This document shows, one piece after another, positions 51,001-64,000 of a DNA stretch of 64,000 bases. The DNA is from Fistulifera solaris (Eukaryota). The position numbers and the translations under genes were made by a program. Below the pieces are notes generated by a model. The model made no database searches. It was not told the DNA's origin and saw only the letters and a list, made by a program, of their open reading frames with translations. Positions within the stretch are counted from its first letter, which is position 1; each line of letters begins with the position of its first letter. The DNA is taken from the NCBI GenBank assembly GCA_030295235.1, contig AP026125.1, forward strand, positions 930,001 through 994,000. The letters are read 5' to 3'.

Positions 51001-51267
51001 AAAGACGAGAACAGGTGCGTTTTTCGTGCCGTCCGTAGCTTCGCCGTTCACTATGCAGATTCCCGGATGAACTGACGCTTTCGCCTCGTCAATCAACCAC
51101 TTTCGGAATGTTGTCAGACGTTCCGATAGCATCTTTGTTGCGTCCGTACTTGAACCTTTGACATCTGACTCTTTTAAGCCCATGATCTCCTCGTACGTGA
51201 TCTTGCCATCACTCTTGTTGTCGCTTTCGACAGTGCTCCGCCCCCGTCTTGTTGATCGCGACGCCAT
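48003..51267 (-). CDS. SET-domain (SETD3/Rubisco-LSMT-like) methyltransferase apparently fused to RRM and RS/RD-rich tail
   Basis: IRAVREIK..TIMRIP, WAAAVISSR, PLLDMLNH, IFTCYG..LLLQYGF; RRM LHIGNLSY...SRGFGFV; RS tail; indels near 50700, 48870 and 48270. Confidence 0.72.
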
Positions 51268-51817
51268 GACAGCTTCCCCCTTGCTTGCTCTTTTAAAATG
51301 TTCTTCTCAATCGCGTTTCGTCACAAACGTATGATTATATCCTTTTACTAACAGTTGGCAGTCAGTTTACTAAACTCACTCGAATGGCATCTCGCTCCGC
51401 CTCGGATTTTTGGTTGATGAGAAAATTGACGTACGAAGTCTACCAGACATTGTTTGCGACCGACAGTACATTTTTATACTCTGGAAAGATCCAACGGCAC
51501 TCATACTATACGAAGTTATGTAGGCTCGTCGAATTTTGGTGCCGTTTGTCTTGTCGATGACTGTATTGCAACCGGTAATCGATCGTACATTCCACTGTAT
51601 ACAAAATGTACCCCAGACATGGAACGGTCGGACAGACAACGGTGTACTGAAAACGCCATGGGACACGTCACCCTGTTGAACATGAGAAAAACGAAACTGC
51701 CGATGAAAACGAAAAAGAGACAACGATGGGACTCTTGAACTTTGAGAAAAAATAATGATACCATTTTTCTTCTTGTGAGCTGAACTGTCCTTACTGATCC
51801 TATTTCGTAACGCTATA

Positions 51818-52687
51818 ATGAGACATATCGGAGCCTTGTTGACGATTGTACCTGTAGTACATGCATTTGTCCCTCTCATCGATGGCGGAACAGATATCCC
51901 AACATTCTACAAATCATGGTTTGACGACCAAATCGTGAAGCAAGCATCGACAGCTGTAGAAAAAGCCATTGCGGCGGGCAATAAGAAAATCGAAGTAAAC
52001 TTTCCAGCTGTTCCCAACGTGGAAGAAGCCAAGTTCGGAACCTCTTTGAACCAAAAATTCGGAACGACGGTCGTTGCCAGAGAACTCAAAATTGCGGGAG
52101 GATACACACCCGGTTCGGACATTGCCCGAAATCTGATTGCTTACAGCAATGTTTACTGGGCAAAGAAAATAGCACCCGCCGTCGGAGGAGGCTTACTGGG
52201 TGGGCGCCCAGTGACGGTCGTGACACCCGAGCAAGTGAACATAAAACAGATCCAGTCTCGTGGGGCTATGTCTCAGATTTTGTCATTGAAGATGAGTAAA
52301 GGCGTCGAAGTGAAACAAGGAGGGGCTCTAATAGCTATCAACCCTGGCGGTGAAGAAACTTGGGATCGCATTCAATCGGCGTTTGGCAATGGGTCGCCCA
52401 TGGTCGTACTCAACAACGCTTACTCGACAACCTACGGCTTGGGCAACAAACGAGGATACGAAGAAGCTTACTTTGTCAAACGGATATCCAAGGGCTGGAT
52501 CTTCCGTTGTTTCCCTGGCCCTTGGAAGGCGTATCTGGAGAAACCCGATGGAAGTTGTGAACTCTTGGAGACGTACTCTACGAAGCCGGAACTCAACGTC
52601 GTAGCAACACGTGTTCGCGATGAGTCATTTAAACGATATGCGATCAACAATGATCGATGGTTTCCGGGACAGGGTCAAAGACTCTAA
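51818..52687 (+). CDS. DUF1995-family plastid protein
   Basis: VHA-FVP presequence; IEVNFP, VVLN, YFVKRISKGWIFRCFPGPW. Confidence 0.75.
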   Translation: MRHIGALLTIVPVVHAFVPLIDGGTDIPTFYKSWFDDQIVKQASTAVEKAIAAGNKKIEVNFPAVPNVEEAKFGTSLNQKFGTTVVARELKIAGGYTPGSDIARNLIAYSNVYWAKKIAPAVGGGLLGGRPVTVVTPEQVNIKQIQSRGAMSQILSLKMSKGVEVKQGGALIAINPGGEETWDRIQSAFGNGSPMVVLNNAYSTTYGLGNKRGYEEAYFVKRISKGWIFRCFPGPWKAYLEKPDGSCELLETYSTKPELNVVATRVRDESFKRYAINNDRWFPGQGQRL

Positions 52688-52879
52688 ATCAATGCATCAA
52701 AATATTAGTGATGTCCCCTGTTGACGTTGTCGAGCTTGCCTAGATTACGTTTGAATGACTTTGTAGTCGTTCAATACCGTCGATTTCTCTAATTAAATTT
52801 GTTGTGTTATCTAGATTTTCATCTCTTTAATGATAAGACAAGTAACGAATAACGAGCACTATCAAGCCTAACCGCAATT

Positions 52880-53321
<442 letters not shown>

Positions 53322-53477
53322 TTCGAATTTTTAATGAATAAACAGCGGTAACAAGAGAAGGATGGATTACAAAAATCAATCAACGCTACCAATGAAATGC
53401 TGAACTTTTGTTACAGTATTTACCAGTATGTGTTGCATTGTTGCATTGGACCGAACGGACTACAATGTCTCTTCGTC

Positions 53478-53710
53478 TCCAGAAAAACTGGGCAAGTGCT
53501 ATCATGACACTCCCAGAAAATCTGGGAATGAGGTATTTTCACATATCCAGAAAACCTGGGTAAGTGGTATTATGGCGTTCCCAGAAAACCAGAGCATGTG
53601 GTACTTGCACGTATCCAGAAAACCTGGAGAAGTGACATCATTAGGTGATCAGAAAACCTGGGGGAGTGGTACAGTATTTGCTATTTGCACGTGTCCAGAA
53701 AACCGGGGCA
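53478..53710. repeat. 34-bp-period ladder of CCAGAAAA(C/T)CTGGG motifs
   Basis: Motif at 53479, 53513, 53547, 53581, 53615, 53649 and ~53695 with diverged 20-nt linkers. Confidence 0.9.
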
Positions 53711-53724
53711 GGAAATTTACCAGA

Positions 53725-54700
53725 TTCCAGAATTTCTGGAAAATGCACAAAATCATTGTGTGACGGAAAGCCCCGATCCCGAAATATCTGAAACGTGCAC
53801 CGAATCTCTGTGCCCACCCAATCACCTAATCCAAAATATTTGGAAGTCTCGCCGAGCGTCTGTACGACCCAATACCAGGGTACACCGAGTCCAGAATATC
53901 TGGACCTGCCACAGAATTTCTGTGTGACCGAAATACCGATCCCAGAATTTCTGGAATTAGAAAAAATGTTACTTTGAATCCGAAACACGGATCCCAAAAT
54001 TCCTGGAAAGTGCACAAAAGCTTTGTGCGACGCAGAGCACCTAATCCAAAATATCGGGAATTCTCAAAGAATGTCTGCACGACCTAAAACAGCGATTCCA
54101 GAACTTCTGGAAAATGCACAAAATCATTGTGTGACGGAAAGCCCCGATCCCGAAATATCTGAAACGTGCACCGAATCTCTGTGCCCACCCAATCACCTAA
54201 TCCAAAATATTTGGAAGTCTCGCCGAGCGTCTGTACGACCCAATACCAGGGTACACCGAGTCCAGAATATCTGGACCTGCCACAGAATTTCTGTGTGACC
54301 GAAATACCGATCCCAGAATTTCTGGAATTAGAAAAAATGTTACTTTGAATCCGAAACACGGATCCCAAAATTCCTGGAAAGTGCACAAAAGCTTTGTGCG
54401 ACGCAGAGCACCTAATCCAAAATATCGGGAATTCTCAAAGAATGTCTGCACGACCTAAAACAGCGATTCCAGAACTTCTGGAAAATACACAAAATCATTG
54501 TCTGACGAAAAGCCCCGATCCCGAAACATCTGAAACGTGCACCGAATCTCTGTGCCCACCCAATCACCTAATCCAAAATATCTGGAAGTCTCGCCGAGCG
54601 TCTGTACGACCCAATAGACCGAGTCCAGAATATCTGGACCTGTCACGGAATTTCTGTGTTTACGAGATGCCGATTCCAGAATTTCTGGAATTAGAAAAAA
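53725..54700. repeat. Higher-order tandem array, 371-bp unit x ~2.6 (seven ~52-bp palindromic monomers per unit)
   Basis: Unit starts at ~53725, 54096 and 54467; monomer starts at 53727, 53779, 53831, 53891, 53942, 53994, 54046. Confidence 0.97.
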
Positions 54701-54734
54701 TTATATTTTATACGTCCTTGGGACTACTACCGCA

Positions 54735-54860
54735 CCAGACAACCAGGGCATGTGCTATTTGCACTTGTCCAGAAAATCTGGGCATTTAGTACTTGTCCAG
54801 AAAATCTGGGGATGTGGCATTTTCACTTGCCCAGAATTTGGGCAGGTCACGCCCAGATTC
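54735..54860. repeat. Right-hand ladder of CCAGAAAATCTGGG motifs
   Basis: Motif at ~54735, 54769, 54797 and 54831, in the same orientation as the left ladder. Confidence 0.85.
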
Positions 54861-54945
54861 TTTCAAACGCAGTACGTATAACAATATTATCTTTTGTCTA
54901 TAAGTCTACAATAGCTAATAATTTCGGCAAGGAAAATAAAATCCC

Positions 54946-57900
54946 TCATTGGAAGAAGTACTTAGCAGATCGTACCTCACTGAGATCAAGGTCACCGCGC
55001 TCTGGAAGAGGTGGAAATTCTAGATCCGGATATCGCATTTTCCAGTCAGCTAAAAGGATAGAGTAAGCTACATGCAAGGCGTCGAATTCTGCAACATCAC
55101 AACGGGACATGACGTACCAAGTTGCTCTTCCAAGAGCGGCCTTTCATACAGTTCAACAAATGTATCTCGTAGCGCCATATTCATTTCATCTATGTCACAA
55201 GGGTGAGTCCAGAATGAGTCGTGGACAGCAGAAAAGCTAAGTCCACGTCGATCCATCTCGAGAGCAGTAAACAGCATATGAGAAGCGTCCAGTGAATGTA
55301 CAAAATTTGGTGGAAATGCTGACACTTGTCGACTTGAGTGCAAAGGCAAATCGTCATTGCTTTCGATCAGAGAAACAACTTGCATCAGCGTTACAACTTT
55401 GGATGACTTCTTTCGTCTGTATGGTTGAATTGCCGGTAACCCGATGGGTGAAATCCACGCCACAGGATAACCTAGTTGAGTGATCATCCGGGCACAAGTT
55501 GTAAGCCAATTCATCGTTTCTTTTGCTCCCGTAAATACTTGACCCATTACCTCCATCGTTACTCGTGCCAGATATCCACAAGCACGAAAAACTTCAAGAT
55601 TCATCTCATCGATATCACACCCGAGACTCTCCAGCTGAGGGCACGAAATAACAATAAGAACAAAATCGACATATGTAAATCAATCGCTTCGCGTTTATTA
55701 CCAACCTTCTCTTCAATTTTTTCCTGAATTTGTTGTCTAGCACCAATGTACGTTACCCCATACACACTGGTCATCACAGTTCTTTTGACAACTCCACGAT
55801 CAATCAAACCATCGACAAGCTTAGCAGCTCTGTTGTTCGCAAGAATTTTCTTTTGTTTCCTGGTAAGCGCCTCAACATCGCTAGTATCGAAATCAATCGT
55901 TTGCGAAGCTTCCTCAGCTACGCGCCGAATGACTTCAGTCATTACACCCGAGTACACATCCTGTGGCTTGTCGGTATTGCGAAGATTCACCGCCTTTCCT
56001 CCAACCGCATCTCGTCCTAGTGCTGCGTAATGCTGCAAGCCATTACAAGAGCCATCCATATGTACAGGCAAGTTACACATGTAGGATTCAGGATCTCCTG
56101 AATCTATCGCAGCAATAATTTCAGCACACGCAGCAAGTCCCTGGAAAGGATCGTCTAATGTCATCCACCATCGATCACCAGCAAACGGATCCTCGACAGA
56201 AGCTCGTACTTTATCAATATTTTCATCAATGTAGGCAGCTCGTTCTTCTAAAGTCACTTTGTCTTTACCCGCAAAATTGGCGAGATGTACTTTCAACCAA
56301 AAAAGACCCCTCGGCCCGAGCGGCTTAGCCTCTGCAAACTTTAGTAGACCACGACACAGATCCGACCCAACAATCGAAAGATGCGGCGTGATGGGGTAAA
56401 CACGACCACGGAAATCCATGTTGTAAGGGAAGTATATCTCTTTAAAATCTTTGAATTTGTCAGCCTGATCAAGCTTGAGAACAACTGAACATCTTAGAGA
56501 GACCAGGTCCTGCAAATATTGTTTGTGGTCAGCTCGCTATTCCATGGGATCAACAAGACTCATGAAGCACTTACCGAGTTTCTTTGGCGCATTCTATCGT
56601 ATCTGGCACGAGCTTCGCGGTAGGCTCGCATCTCAGAAATGTAGCTATCATACTCAGGATGCCCCTTTTCAAGCTTCTGAGTTGGCCGCTCTGGTCTAAT
56701 AGGCTCCGGAGGTACTTCAAAGTCTGTCTTAGACGGAATATCCCCAATAGCTATGTTCCGTGCCCAGCACTCCTCCGCCACCGACAAAATTCTCTTGTTG
56801 ATTACCCAAGGAATCTTTGAAAGCGAATTTAACCCATCGTACACAGTATTCAAATTTGCGTGATTAAGTGCCTCCTAAAGCATTGTTAGATCGACTCTCA
56901 GACAGAACGAGTCCCAACAGCGTGCTACATCACGTACCAGTTGAAGATCGCATCCATGATACCTTACGATATCACTTTTTAGCCACAGATAACCACCCTC
57001 TTTTGGTTTCGTCCACGGTTTTGGAGGTAAAATCATAGGCTTTTGCCTTGTCGTTGTTTGAGAGAAGCTTTGTAATCTATCGCTGATGACCATATTCCGA
57101 AGTTTCTCGTTGAGAGTTACATATGCTCGCGACTTGTCTTTCCTTGTCCATCTTTTCTCGAAAACAAAAGCTGGCTCACCTTTTCTACCACCGTCTTTAA
57201 CCGTTGCACAGTCAAGAAGAACTTTGAAAAGTGCCGCACCGAGTTGTATTTTATCGCGTTCCGTCCACTGCTCATCGTTTTCAAGAACTTGTCTGGCTCG
57301 CCAAATTGCGAACGACGCCAGTCTTTGGCTCTTAGGCTTGAACTCCTTTAATTCGTCTAGATAATTCTGAAGATGAGAAGTGGAATAAGTCCATCTTTTC
57401 GTAGGATCTTCCTCGGCTGCCTTTATCTTGCCTTCCCCTAAAAATCCACCGTCGCGCGCATTCGAACTATTTACATCGTCGTTTTCAGGCTCATCGTCAG
57501 TGGCTTCATCGTCTAGTATGTTTGACACATTCAGTACGGAAGCTCTGGCTTGTGACTCTTTATATCTCTGATGAAGAACTCTTTGAATAATGACTTCGTC
57601 TTCAACAGCTTGCCCTAACTGCCTCGCAATCACCGAGAAAGGAGTACCGTGTAGACTATTATTGCTGTTGGTCAACGTTTCCATGATTGCCGTGTGAGCA
57701 GCGATAACAGCCAGCTTTGCCGGTGGTAGCGTACAAAGAAATGGACCAAACCGTTGAGCTGATTTCGAAACATCGCCCTCCGACTTTTCCCGAAAAATGT
57801 AATCTTTTGTCTCTTTTCGATAGCATCTACCAGCGGTTGAAACCACCATAACACCTGGCGCTGAACCAAAGATAGACTAGAATAATCTTTCCTTTTTCTC

Positions 57901-58424
57901 GCGCTTTCAATGACTTTCTGGTATTTGAGTACAGCTTCTTGTTGCGCCTCACACTCTAGCCACAATTGCAACTCTTCGAGATTGTCCATGGACGGAGGTT
58001 TTTGAGGGTCGAATCGATTCAGCATTTCGGCGGGAGACAGCCCCAAATCAAGTGCACGACCATCATCCGCTGACTCTAACACGTCACTAACGTCACTATT
58101 CTCTGCTTCATAAGATACATCTTCGCCCAATTCTAAATCCAAAGTACGACCGCCCCACGAAATCGAATCCCGCTTCTGAAATTCTTTCCGATGCGGAAAC
58201 ATTTCCGCTATCGACTGGGCAGTAATATATTCCACACGTTCATCGACTTCATCATCCATATTATCTGTCGACGCCCAATGCGCCAAGACAGGCCGTGAAC
58301 TGAAATCGGTTTGCCGAAACGGCAAGGCCCGTTCGTTGACGGCGCGGCGCCTCCGCGAAGCTCCCAGCCGCCACAAGCGCACATGTTGCGCGGTCCGCCG
58401 CGATATCACAATGGCTGCTTGCAT
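54946..58424 (-). CDS. RPOT: Nuclear-encoded mitochondrial T7-type single-subunit RNA polymerase
   Basis: DFRGRVYP, PVHMDGSCNGLQHYAALGRD, RGVVKRTVMTSVYGVT, FPPNFVHSLDASH, VHDSFWTH, terminal KYFFQ; several introns and an indel near 57790. Confidence 0.96.
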
Positions 58425-58805
58425 ATCTTGTAGTGTATTTTATGCATAGACACGTCGTACGACTTAATTTGTTTCTTTTATGAACTTTTGGTTTGACACG
58501 GAACAATATTTTTTTGGTTTTGAGAGAATGGCCGCGCGCTTTTTTCTGCGAGAGCTGAGCCATTCGAAACGAAAGCGGATGCACTGACAGACGAGCGCAG
58601 TACTCAAACACACGTACAAAAAAACACTGTAGGATGGAGTGTTGGTTTACGTGGACACAACTGCCAATGGCGGACAGACGCCTGATCGAAGCCGCGCACC
58701 TCGCGTTTGCTGCACGTGTTGCATCTTGCATTTCAGACCGGCGGAGCTTTCTTGCCGTAGTTTATTCATAGCAAGTCATTGTTACAACCGTCTAAGCGTG
58801 GTAGA

Positions 58806-60356
58806 ATGGGTCTGTCTACTGCAGAAAAGAATCGACGAAAGCGAGAGCGCAAAAAACAAGAGCGCGAGGCCCAGAAGAAAGTAGAAGATGACGCCCGTGA
58901 CGACGCCGACCGTCCGAACGAGGAGGAAGTAGAAATTGAATACATCGCGGAACCAACCCCGGAAATTAAAGAATTTGAAACATATCAGCGCTTTCAGGAA
59001 TTAGTGAACCTGACTCTGGCCGAAAAAGGCAACGAAGACGTCAACAATAGGACAAATAATGGCGACGATTTCGAGGACGACCTGGACGGCAAAAACAAAC
59101 TCATTAGCAAACGCAAATTACGCGAATCACTGAGACCTTCCATCGCCGCACTGAAACAGCAAGTCAAAAGACCAGATCTCGTCGAGGCACATGACGTAAC
59201 TGCTGCAGATCCCTTCTTTTTGATTGAGCTAAAGGCGGCCCCAGGGACGGTACCTGTTTCGCGACATTGGGGTCGCAAGCGAAAGTATCTGCAAGGCAAA
59301 AGAGGCTTCGAAAAACCACCATTTCAGCTTCCTGATTTCATTGTGAGGACCGGTATCACGGATATTCGCGATTCCGTAGCAGCGGATGAGGCCAAGATGT
59401 CAGCGAAACAGAAGAATCGCGCACGAGTAGCACCCAAGATGGGTGCCATCGACGTCGATTATCGGACACTTCACGACGCGTTCTTCAAATATCAAACAAA
59501 GCCAAAGTCGCTTACAAAATTTGGCGACACGTATTACGAAGGAAAAGAACTGGAAGTGAACATCAAGATAAAACCTGGAGGCCCGCTGAGTAGCAAATTG
59601 CGAGAAGCTCTAGGAATGACTTCCGAAACGTCACCCCCGCCGTGGTTAATCAACATGCAGCGATATGGTCCTCCGCCCACGTACCCAATGCTCGTCATTC
59701 CAGGGCTCAATGCCCCACTACCAACTCCTGATTGTGTGTACGGCTATCATCCAGGTGGATGGGGCAAACCACCTGTAGACAATTACGGTCGTCCATTATA
59801 CGGTGGCAACCCATTTGACCCTCCTGGATCCAGCGCCGCGAAAGAAACCGAGCTGACAACACTAGTCACGAGCGACGGGAAAACAATTCAAAAGGCACTA
59901 TGGGGTGCATTGCCTGTTGGTGCGATTGTTGTAGAAGAGTCAGAGGAAGAATCGAGCGATGAAGAAATGGACGAATCTTCCGAAGAAGAAGGCGAGGAAA
60001 ATGAAGCAGTTGAAGATATGGAGAACGGCATTGAGTCAGTCTTGCCGCCCCCTTCAAGTATTATGCCTACTCCCACAGCGGTCGATCTACGCAAACAGCC
60101 AGGCGACGAAACACCAGTCCCGTCCGCGCCCAAGCAACTTTATCAAGTTGTCGAACAGAGCCGTGCCGGCGCAAATCAGAACAAAGGTGCAGTCTTTGCG
60201 TCCGAGATGGCGTACGTTCTGCCTGGGGCCCAAGCAACCACTGCTCAAATTCCAGACGGCGTTGAAAGTGTATTAGCCAAAGGTGCTCCATCGGGAGCGA
60301 AACGCAAACGTAAGGACGACGACGAAGATGAACTGGACAAGAATTTCAAATTTTAG
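58806..60356 (+). CDS. SF3B2: Splicing factor 3B subunit 2 (SAP145/Cus1)
   Basis: LKQQVKRPDLVEAHDVTAADP, RHWGRKRKYLQGKRG, PPPWLINMQRYGPPP.YP, GYHPGGWGKPP, terminal FKF. Confidence 0.96.
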   Translation: MGLSTAEKNRRKRERKKQEREAQKKVEDDARDDADRPNEEEVEIEYIAEPTPEIKEFETYQRFQELVNLTLAEKGNEDVNNRTNNGDDFEDDLDGKNKLISKRKLRESLRPSIAALKQQVKRPDLVEAHDVTAADPFFLIELKAAPGTVPVSRHWGRKRKYLQGKRGFEKPPFQLPDFIVRTGITDIRDSVAADEAKMSAKQKNRARVAPKMGAIDVDYRTLHDAFFKYQTKPKSLTKFGDTYYEGKELEVNIKIKPGGPLSSKLREALGMTSETSPPPWLINMQRYGPPPTYPMLVIPGLNAPLPTPDCVYGYHPGGWGKPPVDNYGRPLYGGNPFDPPGSSAAKETELTTLVTSDGKTIQKALWGALPVGAIVVEESEEESSDEEMDESSEEEGEENEAVEDMENGIESVLPPPSSIMPTPTAVDLRKQPGDETPVPSAPKQLYQVVEQSRAGANQNKGAVFASEMAYVLPGAQATTAQIPDGVESVLAKGAPSGAKRKRKDDDEDELDKNFKF

Positions 60357-60414
60357 TTAGTCGAAAGCGATAATGCTATTTAGAAAATCGTATTGGTTTC
60401 ACTTTCACCAGGGT

Positions 60415-61884
<1,470 letters not shown>

Positions 61885-62263
61885 AATATCAGGCTTTTAA
61901 CAATATGCTAATGCGACGATGAAGTGTAAAGTAAGAGGAGTGGAGAAGTGAGAAAACGATAAACCGCAAACCGCTATAATCAATAATCAACATCGCCGCA
62001 AGGGATGATGATGATGGATGGCAGCAATATTTTACTATACTATGAAAAGTAGAGCTACGGGGTTTATAAAGGTGCGGATTGGAGGGAGGAATTTTTGAGA
62101 GAAAATAAAAAGAGAACCGATCTCATTATTTATTCGTGCGTCTTGCGTCATCATCACAGCAGTCTCTTTTGAACGCGACGACATCGCATCATCCTCGCTT
62201 CTCAATCACCTTCGTCATCATTGTAAGGTGTAAAGGTACATCCTGCAACCTTCCTCTTTTTAG

Positions 62264-63293
62264 ATGATGCGTTCAGTCTTTAGCATACAGAAGAAACAAC
62301 GACTTTTTACCCAAACCGCCGCACTACTCAGTCTTGTTTCTCTTCAGGCACCAACACACACTTCCGCCTTTGCACCCGCTTCCTTTCTTCTTCCATCCGT
62401 TGTTACCCCGCTCTTCCTTTCGACGGCCGCTACCATGCCCGAGACACTCCAAGTCGTACAATTGCCTTGCCTCAATGACAATTACGGATATCTCCTGCAC
62501 GATGCGACCACGGGTGCGACGGCCGCCGTCGATACACCCGAAGCCGGTCCATACCAAGCCGAATTGCGGGCCCGCGGTTGGACCTTGACGCATATTTTCA
62601 ATACACATCATCATTGGGATCATACGGGAGGGAACTTGGAGCTAAAATCGTCCGAAGTATCAATTTATGGGCCTGCGACGGAAACGATTCCAGGGATCGA
62701 TCGGCCGTTGCGGGGGGACGATGAATTTGAGTTTGGGGGATCCAAGGTGCAAGTCATTGATGTGGGAGGTCACACGAAAGGGCATATTGCGTACTACTTC
62801 CCTGACGAAAGAAAAGTGTTTGTAGGAGATTCTCTTTTGCATTGGGTTGTGGGAAAATGTTCGAAGGAACTCCCGAGCAATTTTGGGGCAGTTTGAAGCG
62901 TTTGCGCAGTCTTCCCGATGACACGATGGTGTATTGGTAAGTCCTTTGTTTCACAGAAACGCACATCTTGTCACGCGACATGAACTAATTTGATGTTCAC
63001 GCAAAACGATCCAAAACAGTGCCCACGAGTACACGCAATCGAACGCCAAGTTTGCGCAAAGGGTCGAACCGGGTAACGCCGAGCTCTTGGAACGTGTGAA
63101 AGAAATTGCCGCTCAACGTGCCCGGGGAGAACCCACTGTTCCTAGTTTGTTGGGATTGGAAAAAGAACCAATCCCTTTTTGCGATGTGACGTTAGCGACG
63201 AACTTCGCGCCAATGTTGGCGTTCGAGAAGGAGATTCCGATGCCGAAGCTTTTGCCAAAGTACGTCGAGCGAAAGATACCTTTAGGGGCTAAT
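62264..63293 (+). CDS. gloB: Hydroxyacylglutathione hydrolase (glyoxalase II), probably organelle-targeted
   Basis: [36 protein letters not shown] after intron 62937-63019; presequence TSA-FAP; indels near 62838 and 63170. Confidence 0.93.
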
Positions 63294-63917
63294 TGATTGA
63301 ACAGAATAAGTACACGTATCAACGCCGATGGCATATCTACAAAATAAGTACCGATCCATCGTGATTAGCAAGGATGATAACGTTTTCTTGCACTCAGCTT
63401 CATGAAATGGCAAATGGACAGGATTGAGTTTACATAGGCCTTTAGTTAATTGATGTCTTTGTAAGGCTGATTCAGACTAACATATTGACATGCTGTGACT
63501 CAACTCGACTATAATCCCGGCACTAGACTAACGACGATAATTGTTACGAATGAAATAAAATGACAATTGCCCACCAGCTCCAACCAGTCTTTGTGCGAGA
63601 TTAGATCAATGGAGTCGCTCTTTCACTGATGATGTTCTTGGATAGAGTAGGACAGGATTCTCTTTGTTGCTTTCTATTTACTAGTCTTTTATTGGCGCAA
63701 TACCTGGTAAGGATACATCATCGTCAAATAAATGACTTTTTGTGACTCAACTGAGATGCAGTCCCGGTATTCACTCTTCATTATTTTCTGTCGGTGTGTG
63801 ATATATTAACCATCGCAATCAAAAGAGTTGTAATCTTGGTGTAATATCGGCTGATAAATTCGTTGTCACTGTTTTAATAGCTGTTTTCTAGCGTTTAAAC
63901 AACAAACTGATCAGAGT

Positions 63918-64000
63918 ATGTCGTTGGGTGAAGCCGAACAAGCGCTTGTCGAATTCTTGCAAACATGCGCCGACTTTGAATCGGCTCCTCCCCGTGTCGT
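63918..64000 (+). CDS. Possible start of a gene truncated by the window edge
   Basis: ATG followed by the open frame MSLGEAEQALVEFLQTCADFESAPPRV to the window end. Confidence 0.35.
   Translation, partial: MSLGEAEQALVEFLQTCADFESAPPRV

Noticed and set aside
53428..54789. ORFs in array 2, or a bona fide CRISPR array
   Set aside because: The 371-bp unit is not a multiple of three, linkers are mutually homologous rather than unique spacers, there are no cas genes, and the context is eukaryotic.
54946..58424. T7-like RNA polymerase as a prophage or viral insertion
   Set aside because: It has spliceosomal introns and an Arg-rich presequence; this is the normal nuclear-encoded mitochondrial polymerase.

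Overview
Gene-dense eukaryotic nuclear DNA, most likely from a diatom. The evidence is an Lhcf/FCP gene, signal-peptide plus 'A-F' bipartite plastid-targeting presequences, and short GT-AG introns of about 55-100 nt. About 30 protein-coding genes are supported, mostly housekeeping. Many are split by single-base indels in homopolymer runs, which look like long-read assembly errors rather than pseudogenes. The most unusual content is non-coding. (1) Two related higher-order tandem arrays 21 kb apart (215-bp unit x ~9.5 at 30.36-32.51 kb; 371-bp unit x ~2.6 at 53.7-54.7 kb) are both built from a ~52-bp monomer carrying two helically phased CAG-N5-CTG palindromes with compensatory substitutions, and they share flanking motifs. 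(2) A separate dispersed intergenic repeat has a GACTG-N5-CAGTC hairpin head and a CTATAGT box and recurs at ~214-bp spacing in several intergenic regions. Protein-level oddities are an OGFOD3-like dioxygenase lacking its iron-binding His residues, a probable SET-RRM-RS fusion, a Qbc-SNARE with a beta-trefoil-like tail, a bacterial-type CesT chaperone, and a head-to-head formaldehyde dehydrogenase/glyoxalase II pair. All calls come from reading the sequence by eye; no searches were run.
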